Of a DNA stretch of 30,965 nt, positions 1-7,565 are shown piece by piece; within the stretch, counting starts at the first letter, position 1, and each line of letters starts with the position of its first letter. Position numbers and translations under genes: made by a program. The notes beneath the pieces are model-generated. The model was not told the origin of the DNA, searched no databases, and saw only the letters and a program-made list of their open reading frames with translations. Origin of the DNA: an uncultured Sulfurospirillum sp. (lineage in GTDB: Bacteria > Campylobacterota > Campylobacteria > Campylobacterales > QNZT01); NCBI GenBank assembly GCA_964501795.1, contig CAZCUH010000003.1, positions 1-30,965 of the forward strand. Direction: 5' to 3'.

Positions 1-201
1 GATATGGAAACAGGTTGTAAACATACTAGAGATTTGAGAAAAGCAGGGATTGATTATGATATAAAATATACAACGATCAAAGGGAAAAATGCAGCACTTG
101 TCGTTGTAGGACCATTTGAGACAAAAGAAGAAGCCAAAGCGCAACTTCCTAAACTCAGAAAATTTTCAAAAGATGCTTTTGTTAAAAGAATCAAAAACTA
201 A
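1..201 (+). CDS. SPOR (septal peptidoglycan-binding) domain protein, C-terminal part; gene probably starts upstream of the window
   Basis: Translation ...LVVVGPFETKEEAKAQLPKLRKFSKDAFVK matches the SPOR pattern (V.vGPf...eA...l..l......aFv). The frame is open to base 1. Confidence 0.8.
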   Translation, partial: DMETGCKHTRDLRKAGIDYDIKYTTIKGKNAALVVVGPFETKEEAKAQLPKLRKFSKDAFVKRIKN

Positions 202-215
202 AATTTACTTCTCTC

Positions 216-252
216 GTTTCAAGTGGCTTTTGCCACTTGAAACACTTTTTTT
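216..252 (+). terminator. Rho-independent terminator after the SPOR gene
   Basis: Perfect 12-bp stem GTTTCAAGTGGC-TTTT-GCCACTTGAAAC (216-243) followed by ACTTTTTTT. Confidence 0.9.
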
Positions 253-276
253 AAAAAATCATTTATCTATTTTCGA

Positions 277-282
277 TACAAT
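277..282 (+). promoter_or_regulatory. Sigma70 -10 box (TACAAT); predicted TSS near A289
   Basis: TACAAT preceded by the A/T tracts typical of Campylobacterota RpoD promoters, just after a terminator. Confidence 0.55.
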
Positions 283-288
283 CATATT

Positions 289-444
289 ACCCCGCTAAGC
301 AAATACCTCAGTGTTTGAAAGAACAAGAGGGTGTAGTACTTTTGTCCATACTCTGCGTTATATTTCCTTGCATTCGCTATGGCGAGTCCTGCAAAAATAT
401 ACCTTGATTATGAACAAAATCACTATATCAAGCCTTAGTAGGAT
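289..444 (+). ncRNA. Candidate structured ncRNA, 6S RNA-like long irregular hairpin (alternatively a structured flgA-operon leader)
   Basis: Hand-folded nested pairings: CCCGCUAAG/CUUAGUAGG, AGUG-UUUG/CAAA-CACU, CAA..GGUGUA/UAUACCUUG, UUUUGU/GCAAAA, and an apical UUCGC-UAUG-GCGAG. CAAGA..UGU and ACCUUGA recall conserved 6S blocks (from memory). No covariance search was run. Confidence 0.45.
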
Positions 445-472
445 AACAAACTTACACATAAGGATATGAAAA

Positions 473-1162
473 TTGCTATGTTGCCAAAAGTATATCATGC
501 TCTTTCTACTACTTTTGTCACTCTCCTTAGAGGCTTCTACCGCACAAAATCAACTTATAAAAAATGCTATCAAAGATAAATTTTTAGAAAATTACCCCAC
601 CCTCTCTATCTCTAAAATCACCATCAAAGCACTAGGGAAAATACCTAAAAATTTTCAATCCTACCATATAAAAACGATTTACCTCTCACAAGCCTCACTC
701 AAAAGAGACCATGGAACATTCTCTGTGCTCTATGCCAATGATACAAAAAAGAAAAAACGATTTTTTAAATTTCAGCTAGAGGCGATGATTGGTCTATATC
801 TCTCACAAAGAGAGATGAAAAGAGCCCAAACACTTGATAACAACTATCTCATCTATAAAGAAGTACCCTTTAAAAACCTTCCCACGCCTCCCATCACACA
901 GAAATATTTTTATGATTATGAGACAAAAAGAAGCATAAGAAGAGGAAAAATCATCACTATCAATGATGTAAGACGCATTTTAGATATCAAGCGTGGTAAA
1001 CTTGTCGATGCAACCTTGCATGATGGATCTGTTGTCTTAACTTTTAAAGTCAAAACAGTCCAAGAAGGAAATATAGGTGATATTATCAAAGTAAAAAGGG
1101 GCTATTATAAAAAATTCAATGCACGCATCACTTCCAAAACCAGTGTGGATATCATAGAATGA
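473..1162 (+). CDS. flgA: Flagellar basal-body P-ring formation chaperone FlgA
   Basis: Signal peptide, SAF-like region and C-terminal ..G.IGD.I.V motif (VQEGNIGDIIKV). TTG start 8 nt after AAGGA (460-464). The flgA-ubiX-coaD-tmk order is known in Campylobacter/Helicobacter. Confidence 0.85.
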   Translation: MLCCQKYIMLFLLLLSLSLEASTAQNQLIKNAIKDKFLENYPTLSISKITIKALGKIPKNFQSYHIKTIYLSQASLKRDHGTFSVLYANDTKKKKRFFKFQLEAMIGLYLSQREMKRAQTLDNNYLIYKEVPFKNLPTPPITQKYFYDYETKRSIRRGKIITINDVRRILDIKRGKLVDATLHDGSVVLTFKVKTVQEGNIGDIIKVKRGYYKKFNARITSKTSVDIIE

Positions 1163-1683
1163 AAATCATCTTAGCCATCACAGGAGCTAGTGGTGTCACA
1201 CTAGCACAAAAATTTGTCGCTGCACTCCCCCCTGAGATAGAACTCTTTATCATCCAATCACAAAATGCCAAAACAGTATTTGAAAAAGAGGAGAACATCG
1301 AAGTCCTAGATGATAATGATATCGCCGCCAAGGTCGCTTCGGGTTCGTTCAAATGTGATGCGATGATTGTCTTGCCTTGCAGTATGAATACTTTAGCAAA
1401 GATTTCTTGTGGGATTTGTGACAATCTTACCACTAGAACTGCCTCTGTCATGATAAAAGAGCAGAGAAAACTCATTTTAGCACCAAGAGAGATGCCATTT
1501 TCTGCTATTGCTTTGGAAAATATGCTAAAATTAGCCCGTTTACAAGTCATCATCGCCCCACCAATTTTGGGATACTATGCAAATCCTTCCTCCCTTACAG
1601 ATATGGAAGATTTTTTGATAGGAAAGTGGTTTGACTTGATAGGGATAGAACATACATTATTTAAACGATGGGGAGAGAAATGA
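1159..1683 (+). CDS. ubiX: Flavin prenyltransferase UbiX family (partner of the UbiD-family decarboxylase)
   Basis: MKIILAITGASG, ASGS, PCSMNTLAKI, LILAPREMP motifs. Confidence 0.95.
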   Translation: MKIILAITGASGVTLAQKFVAALPPEIELFIIQSQNAKTVFEKEENIEVLDDNDIAAKVASGSFKCDAMIVLPCSMNTLAKISCGICDNLTTRTASVMIKEQRKLILAPREMPFSAIALENMLKLARLQVIIAPPILGYYANPSSLTDMEDFLIGKWFDLIGIEHTLFKRWGEK

Positions 1684-2171
1684 AAAAAATAGCACTATAT
1701 CCAGGGACTTTTGATCCTGTCACCAATGGGCATATTGATATCATTCAACGGGCACAAAATATTTTTGATGAAGTCATCGTAGCAATCGCCCAGTCAACCG
1801 ATAAAAAGCCGATGTTTTCATTGGAGAGACGAAAAGAGATGTTAGAGTTAGCAACCAGTGATATGCCCTGTGTGCGTGTTGAAACTTTTGATATACTTTT
1901 AGTTGATTTTGCTAAGCAGATGCAGACAAATAACATCATCCGTGGACTTCGTGCGATTAGTGATTTTGAGTATGAGTTGCAACTCTCTTATGCTAACTCA
2001 TCCTTAAATCCTGACATAGAGACCATCTTTTTGATGCCCACCCTCAAAAATGCTTTTATCAGCTCCTCTGTGGTGCGTGCTATCTTAAAACACAAAGGTC
2101 CAATTAACCATCTAGTCCCTAAAGAAATTTTACCGCTTATTGATAAGGATAGCTATGTATGTACTATTTGA
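1680..2171 (+). CDS. coaD: Phosphopantetheine adenylyltransferase
   Basis: YPGTFDPVTNGHIDII, RGLRAISDFEYE, ISSSVVR. Start at 1680 overlaps the ubiX stop (ATGA). Confidence 0.97.
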   Translation: MKKIALYPGTFDPVTNGHIDIIQRAQNIFDEVIVAIAQSTDKKPMFSLERRKEMLELATSDMPCVRVETFDILLVDFAKQMQTNNIIRGLRAISDFEYELQLSYANSSLNPDIETIFLMPTLKNAFISSSVVRAILKHKGPINHLVPKEILPLIDKDSYVCTI

Positions 2172-2730
2172 GGGGGTAGATACTTCAGGGAAAAGTACAC
2201 AGGTGGATTTGCTGCATGCCTGTTTCCCTAATGCCATCAAGACCAAAGAACCAGGGGGAACCGCTTTGGGTATGACCTTGCGTGAGCTGATACTGCATCA
2301 AGGGGTACACAACCATAAAACAGAACTGTTTCTTTTTTTAGCAGATCGCGCTGAACACTATCATGATATCATCAAGCCAGCCCTTGATAAGATGATACTC
2401 TCAGATCGTGGGCTCATCTCTGGTATCGCGTATGCCTTGGCAAATCATGAGAGCTATGAGATGGATTTTCTGCTCACACTGAATCGTTTTGCACTCGATG
2501 ATACCCTGCCAGACAAAGTCATCTTGCTCCTGACCAATGAAGCACTCATCAAGGAGAGACTAGGAGAAAAAAATGCCGATTTTATCGAGCAGAGAGGTAT
2601 GGCTTATCTGCTCAAGATACAAGCTATCATGATAGAGGTCATCGAAGCACTAGGTGTGGATGCTATCATGATAGATGCCAACAAAAGTAAAGAAGAAATA
2701 CACCAAGAGATAAAGGATTTTATAGCATGA
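2155..2730 (+). CDS. tmk: Thymidylate kinase
   Basis: FEGVDTSGKSTQ P-loop, KEPGGT, LFLADRAEH, SDR. Start at ATG 2155 after AAGGA (2145-2149). Confidence 0.96.
   Translation: MYVLFEGVDTSGKSTQVDLLHACFPNAIKTKEPGGTALGMTLRELILHQGVHNHKTELFLFLADRAEHYHDIIKPALDKMILSDRGLISGIAYALANHESYEMDFLLTLNRFALDDTLPDKVILLLTNEALIKERLGEKNADFIEQRGMAYLLKIQAIMIEVIEALGVDAIMIDANKSKEEIHQEIKDFIA
2624..2635. repeat. Iterated palindrome CTATCATGATAG, exact copy inside tmk
   Basis: Read directly. Confidence 0.95.
2663..2674. repeat. Iterated palindrome CTATCATGATAG, exact copy inside tmk
   Basis: Read directly. Confidence 0.95.
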
Positions 2731-3929
2731 TACGCGCCTTAAAAGGGATGAAAGACACCCTCGCCCCACAAAACAAAAAATTTGAATATTTTATCGAAAA
2801 CACAACAAAAATTGTCAAAAAATATGGCTATGAATTTATCGAAAGTCCTATATTGGAAGAGACTACTCTGTTTAAAAGAAGTGTAGGAGAAAGTAGCGAT
2901 ATCGTGGGTAAAGAGATGTACCAATTTACGGATAAAGGGGGCAATGATGTCTGCCTACGACCAGAAGGTACTGCGGGTATCGTACGCGCTTTTGTAGAGG
3001 CAAAGATGGATCGTATTGGTGGGATAAATCGTTTTTTCTATTATGGTCCGATGTTTCGCTATGAGCGACCACAGAAAGGAAGGCTAAGACAATTTCACCA
3101 ATTTGGATGTGAGAGCTTCGGGGAATCAAACCCCCTAGAAGATGCCAATATCATTATCATGATACAAGAAATCTTAGACTTCTTTGGAGTCAACTATACC
3201 ATCGAATTAAATTCACTAGGCTGCCCTAGCTGTCTGCCACCATTTCGCCAAAAGCTAGTCGCATTTCTCGATGAAACAGAAGGCTTTTGTGAAGATTGCC
3301 TCAGACGCAAAGAGACCAATCCTATCCGTGTCTTTGACTGCAAAAATCCACATTGCCAAACCCTACTTACCACTGCACCAAGATTGAACAAAGCCTTATG
3401 TCAAGTGTGTCAAAATGATTTTAAGGTCGTAACCAAAACATTGGATAAAGCAAACATCAGCTATACGCTCAATCCAAATCTCGTACGGGGACTTGACTAC
3501 TACTCCAAAACAGCTTTTGAATTTGTAAGCACAGACTTAGGCGCACAAAATGCCGTCGCAGGTGGTGGACGCTATGATAAACTTGTGGAATATCTTGATG
3601 GTCGTCCTACGCCTGCTATTGGGTTTGCCATAGGCATTGAACGGCTATTGGATATGATAGACATCAAAGCCTCAGCAAGAGAGGGGTACTATTTTGGAGC
3701 CCTCACGCAGGAAGCACAAGAAGCCGTTTTTTTACAAGCACACAAACAACGAAAAAAAGGCAAGGTCATCCATAATTATGATGTCAAAAGCCTCAAAGCG
3801 CACCTCAAAGGTGCGGACAAAGCCAATGCAAGATATTGTGCCGTTATAGGTGAAGATGAGTTGAAAAATGCAACGCTTTGGGTCAAAGATTTGCAAGAGA
3901 AAAACGAAGAGATGAGACCTTTAGACTAA
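2727..3929 (+). CDS. hisS: Histidine--tRNA ligase
   Basis: LRPEGTA, FRYERPQKGRLRQFHQ, LVRGLDYY, GGGRYD, GFAIGIERL. Confidence 0.98.
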   Translation: MIRALKGMKDTLAPQNKKFEYFIENTTKIVKKYGYEFIESPILEETTLFKRSVGESSDIVGKEMYQFTDKGGNDVCLRPEGTAGIVRAFVEAKMDRIGGINRFFYYGPMFRYERPQKGRLRQFHQFGCESFGESNPLEDANIIIMIQEILDFFGVNYTIELNSLGCPSCLPPFRQKLVAFLDETEGFCEDCLRRKETNPIRVFDCKNPHCQTLLTTAPRLNKALCQVCQNDFKVVTKTLDKANISYTLNPNLVRGLDYYSKTAFEFVSTDLGAQNAVAGGGRYDKLVEYLDGRPTPAIGFAIGIERLLDMIDIKASAREGYYFGALTQEAQEAVFLQAHKQRKKGKVIHNYDVKSLKAHLKGADKANARYCAVIGEDELKNATLWVKDLQEKNEEMRPLD

Positions 3930-3931
3930 AA

Positions 3932-5761
3932 ATGCAAAATTATGGTATGCAACTTTGGGCTGATGATAACTATAGCATCAGCCAAGATACATTAAGAGTC
4001 AACTTTGCATCCAAGCCTTCACTCTTAGAAATCGTTACTAAAATTCGTCAACAAGGACTGAGAGGTCCTCTACTACTGCGTTTTCCACACCTGATAGAGA
4101 AGCAAATTGATGCACTTTATCAACATTTTAGACGCGTTTTTCAAGAGTTAGATTATCATGGACATTTCCAAGCTGTTTTTCCACTCAAAGTCAATCAATA
4201 TCCAAACTTTGTCAAGCCACTTCTTGAAATTGGCGAAAAATATCACTATGGCTTAGAAGCAGGAAGTAAAGCAGAACTACTCATCGCCATGACTTATACC
4301 AATGAAAATGCCCCTATTCTAGTCAATGGATTTAAAGACAAAGAACTCATCGAGATGGCCTTTTTATCAGCCAAAATGCAACAAGATATCACGCTAACCA
4401 TCGAAGGTATCAACGAGTTAAAAAGTATTATCGCCGTAGCCAAGGAGAAAGGCTCTCCACTACCAAAGATAGGATTAAGAGTTAAGCTCCATAGTGCAGG
4501 TATTGGATTATGGGCAAAGAGTGGTGGTATGAATTCCAAGTTTGGACTCACTTCTACCGAACTCATTGAAGCGATGCAGTTGATGAAAGAGCATGGCTTA
4601 CTTTCGCAATTTACGATGATTCACTTTCATATTGGCTCACAGATGACCAGTATCGCTCCACTCAAAAAAGCCCTGAAAGAGGCAGGAAACATCTATACAG
4701 ATTTAATCAATCTAGGAGCAGATAATTTACATACCATCAACCTAGGTGGTGGCTTGGCAATAGAGTATTCTCAAAATGATGCTTCTCCGCATATTCACTA
4801 CTCCCTTGAAGAGTATGCCAATGATGTCGTCTTTATGCTTCAGAGCATTGCACAAGCAAAAGGGGTCACAGAACCCAATATTACTATCGAATCAGGAAGA
4901 TTTGTCGCTGCACCTCATGCTGTACTCATTGCCCCTGTCTTTGAACTCTTCTCCACAGAATACTCACCACAGGCGCTAAAACTCAAAACAGTCAATCCCC
5001 CTTTGATTGATGAATTAAATGCGCTCTATCATGATATCAATCAAAACAACGCTAGAGAGTTTTTGCATGATAGTTTTGATCATCTTCACTCGCTTTTTAC
5101 ACTCTTTGATCTTGGATATATTGATTTAATTGATCGATCTAATGCAGAGATTTTAGTACATCTTATCATGAAAAAATCTATCTTACTTTTAAAAGATCAG
5201 CATTTAGAGGAACTGTTAAAAATGCAAGAGCATATCCAAGAAAAGTATCTTCTCAACTTTTCCCTCTTTCAAAGTATGTCAGATTTTTGGGGTCTTAAAC
5301 AGCACTTTCCTATCATGCCACTCTCCAAGCTAGATGAGAAAGCAACCCACACTGCCAATCTCTGGGATATCACCTGTGATAGCGATGGAGAGATACCTTT
5401 TGATGAACAAGAACCACTTTATTTACATAGTGTCAATCTTGAAGAAGAAGATTATTTTTTAGCATTTTTTCTCACAGGTGCCTATCAAGAGGTCTTAGGT
5501 ATGCAGCATAATCTCTTTACCCACCCTACTGAAGCGACTATCATGATAGATAGTGATGGTTATAAGATAGAAAATATAAAAGAATCTTCTTCAATAATTA
5601 ACATTTTAGACGATTTAGATTATGATGTGCATGAAATTAAAAAACATTTGCATATGCATATAAATCAAAGTCATTTTATCAAACAAGATGAAAAAGAGAA
5701 TATTTTAACTATTTTAGAATCTTTACTTTCTGAGAATGGCTATTTAAAAACTACAAACTAG
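3932..5761 (+). CDS. speA: Biosynthetic arginine decarboxylase
   Basis: VFPLKVNQ (PLP lysine), GLEAGSKAEL, HFHIGSQ, ESGRFV, DITCDSDG, GAYQEVLG. The start at 3932 (MQNYG) fits homologues better than the ORF-track start at 3878. Confidence 0.96.
   Translation: MQNYGMQLWADDNYSISQDTLRVNFASKPSLLEIVTKIRQQGLRGPLLLRFPHLIEKQIDALYQHFRRVFQELDYHGHFQAVFPLKVNQYPNFVKPLLEIGEKYHYGLEAGSKAELLIAMTYTNENAPILVNGFKDKELIEMAFLSAKMQQDITLTIEGINELKSIIAVAKEKGSPLPKIGLRVKLHSAGIGLWAKSGGMNSKFGLTSTELIEAMQLMKEHGLLSQFTMIHFHIGSQMTSIAPLKKALKEAGNIYTDLINLGADNLHTINLGGGLAIEYSQNDASPHIHYSLEEYANDVVFMLQSIAQAKGVTEPNITIESGRFVAAPHAVLIAPVFELFSTEYSPQALKLKTVNPPLIDELNALYHDINQNNAREFLHDSFDHLHSLFTLFDLGYIDLIDRSNAEILVHLIMKKSILLLKDQHLEELLKMQEHIQEKYLLNFSLFQSMSDFWGLKQHFPIMPLSKLDEKATHTANLWDITCDSDGEIPFDEQEPLYLHSVNLEEEDYFLAFFLTGAYQEVLGMQHNLFTHPTEATIMIDSDGYKIENIKESSSIINILDDLDYDVHEIKKHLHMHINQSHFIKQDEKENILTILESLLSENGYLKTTN
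5538..5549. repeat. Iterated palindrome CTATCATGATAG, exact copy inside speA
   Basis: Read directly. Confidence 0.95.
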
Positions 5762-5775
5762 AAGGGAAATATCCA

Positions 5776-6492
5776 ATGCGTAAATGCTCACTCTATCAAG
5801 TCATCAAAGAAGATTTGGCTACTCCTTGGAAAAATGATCCTGCTATTACCTCAAGACTGGAGTTATTTACCAATTATCCAGGGGTCTGGGCTTTGATAAA
5901 TTATAGAATTGCGCATCGTCTCCATACAAGAAATTGGAAAATTTTAGCGCGGGTTATGATGGGGATTTCTCAAATTTTCACCAATATCGACATTCACCCA
6001 GGATGCAAGATAGGTAAACGGGTCTTTATTGATCATGGCTTTGGAGTAGTCATCGGAGAAACTGCCATCATAGAAGATGAGGTGCTTATCTATCAAGGCG
6101 TCACCTTAGGCGGCGTCAGCCTAGATAGAGGTGTCAAACGACATCCCACTATCAAAAAAGGTGCCGTTATCGGTGGGGGTGCTAAAGTGCTTGGAAATAT
6201 CGAGGTAGGAGAAAATGCCAGAGTAGGCGCAAATTCTGTAGTCGTCAAATCCGTTCCTGCAGAATGTACTGCTGTAGGTATTCCTGCCAGAGTGATCCAT
6301 AAAGGAAAAGATAAAGCACAACTCTCTCACAATAAAATTCCTGATATTAACAAACAACTCTTTTTGTATCTTTCAAAAAGGTTATCTGTATTGGAAGATG
6401 CCCTACTCAATCATCATGAAGAAGTCTTGATTGAAAAAGATCATGAATTAGAGAAGATATATAAAGATTTTATTGAGACGATGGATAATTAA
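5776..6492 (+). CDS. cysE: Serine O-acetyltransferase
   Basis: DPA, YPG, IDIHPG, FIDHGFGVVIGETA, QGVTLGG, KRHPT, hexapeptide repeats. Confidence 0.97.
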   Translation: MRKCSLYQVIKEDLATPWKNDPAITSRLELFTNYPGVWALINYRIAHRLHTRNWKILARVMMGISQIFTNIDIHPGCKIGKRVFIDHGFGVVIGETAIIEDEVLIYQGVTLGGVSLDRGVKRHPTIKKGAVIGGGAKVLGNIEVGENARVGANSVVVKSVPAECTAVGIPARVIHKGKDKAQLSHNKIPDINKQLFLYLSKRLSVLEDALLNHHEEVLIEKDHELEKIYKDFIETMDN

Positions 6493-6502
6493 AGAAAGAG
6501 AG

Positions 6503-6530
6503 AAAGGGCACCCTCAATAGGATGCCCTTT
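6503..6530. terminator. Probable bidirectional terminator between convergent cysE and the OMP-SPOR gene
   Basis: Inverted repeat AAAGGGCA(CCC)-TCAATA-(GGA)TGCCCTTT, with A/T runs at both ends. Confidence 0.75.
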
Positions 6531-6541
6531 GAGATATAAGA

Positions 6542-7474
6542 TTATTTTTTAGTACTATAGACAAATGCATCACATTTGATAGTTTTCTTGATTTCACACA
6601 AGGCTTCAAATGCATCTTTTTTACATCTATATGGTCCTACTAAAAGTCTATTGACTTCTGTGCCACTTGGATTAGTAGAGACAAAGTTTCTATGTTTATA
6701 TCCATTTTCATCTAACTTATTAAGAAGAGAGATATTTCTGATGCTTTGATCACAATCAGCACACTTAAGCTCAGAAGCAACTTGTACATAATAGGTATTG
6801 TCACATCTATCCGTATAGTTTGTTGGCGTAGCACACACTTCAACTGTTTTTACTGGTGCTGCGATTGTAACTACCTTTTCAACTGGTACCTCTTTTGTTA
6901 CTATTTTTTCAATCACTCTAGTACCACCACCAAAGGCATAGGCCAAGCCAAGCGTAGGCACTACATCAATAGTATGACACTTATCTTTTCTCAAAGCGCG
7001 TACTTCGGGAGTAAGGCTTAATCTATCCGTCAATGCAACATTTGCACCTATACCTGCATCAAGAAACCATTGACCAGAGCAAGAACCATTTCGTGTTTTT
7101 ACACCATTTTCATAATTTTCATATCCACCACCTGCTAAGATATAAGGACTGATTTTATGCCATGGTGTTGCTTTTTTAAGAAGACCATTGACTGCAAATC
7201 TATTCACAGAAGTGGAACTATTACCATTGAGTGTAGTTGCATTCGCACGATTAAAATCGGCATCATTGACTCTCTCGTAACTCACTCTTGCACCTACATT
7301 ATCAGTAAAGTATGTATTCAGATTCGCACCAAATACCGGTGCATCATCAACAACACAATCACTATCGGCAAAGTTATACCCGCCATAAACATTCACATCT
7401 GATGTATAATTACCAGCTACAAGGGAAGAGCTAAGTACAGCCACAGTAGAACAAGTAAACAAAAATCTTTTCAT
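6542..7474 (-). CDS. Outer-membrane beta-barrel (OmpA/CadF-N-like) fused through a Val/Lys/Pro linker to a Cys-rich SPOR domain
   Basis: Signal peptide; alternating barrel strands (GANLNTYF, ARVSYER, PYILAGGGYE, FLDAGIGANV, TLGLAYAFGG); linker IEKIVTKEVPVEKVV; C-terminal YYVQVAS...LLVGPY...AF..L..IK...DAFVY. SD AGGAG. Confidence 0.75.
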   Translation of the reverse strand: MKRFLFTCSTVAVLSSSLVAGNYTSDVNVYGGYNFADSDCVVDDAPVFGANLNTYFTDNVGARVSYERVNDADFNRANATTLNGNSSTSVNRFAVNGLLKKATPWHKISPYILAGGGYENYENGVKTRNGSCSGQWFLDAGIGANVALTDRLSLTPEVRALRKDKCHTIDVVPTLGLAYAFGGGTRVIEKIVTKEVPVEKVVTIAAPVKTVEVCATPTNYTDRCDNTYYVQVASELKCADCDQSIRNISLLNKLDENGYKHRNFVSTNPSGTEVNRLLVGPYRCKKDAFEALCEIKKTIKCDAFVYSTKK

Positions 7475-7565
7475 TTAAAACTCCTAGGATTTTATATTGC
7501 ACAAATATATCAAATATATTTATTCAAAATTGAAATATTTTATTGTTTTTTCCCTTAATCTAACT

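Noticed and set aside
116-298. 60-aa ORF in the track
   Set aside because: It overlaps the SPOR gene and runs through a terminator and promoter; no recognisable features.
296-345. c-di-GMP-I riboswitch upstream of flgA (GCAAA...GAAA hairpin)
   Set aside because: The GGGACGCAAAG segment and second stem expected after the GAAA hairpin are missing. A THF-like match (UGCGUUA, UUGCAU.CGCU) was also dropped because the intervening helices are absent.
466-579. 37-codon out-of-frame ORF overlapping the flgA start
   Set aside because: Its ATG is only 1 nt after AAGGA, whereas the in-frame TTG at 473 has 8-nt spacing and gives a signal peptide.
3878-3931. N-terminal extension of SpeA overlapping hisS
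   Set aside because: Homology starts at MQNYG (3932), directly after the hisS stop; the extension is an ORF-caller artefact.
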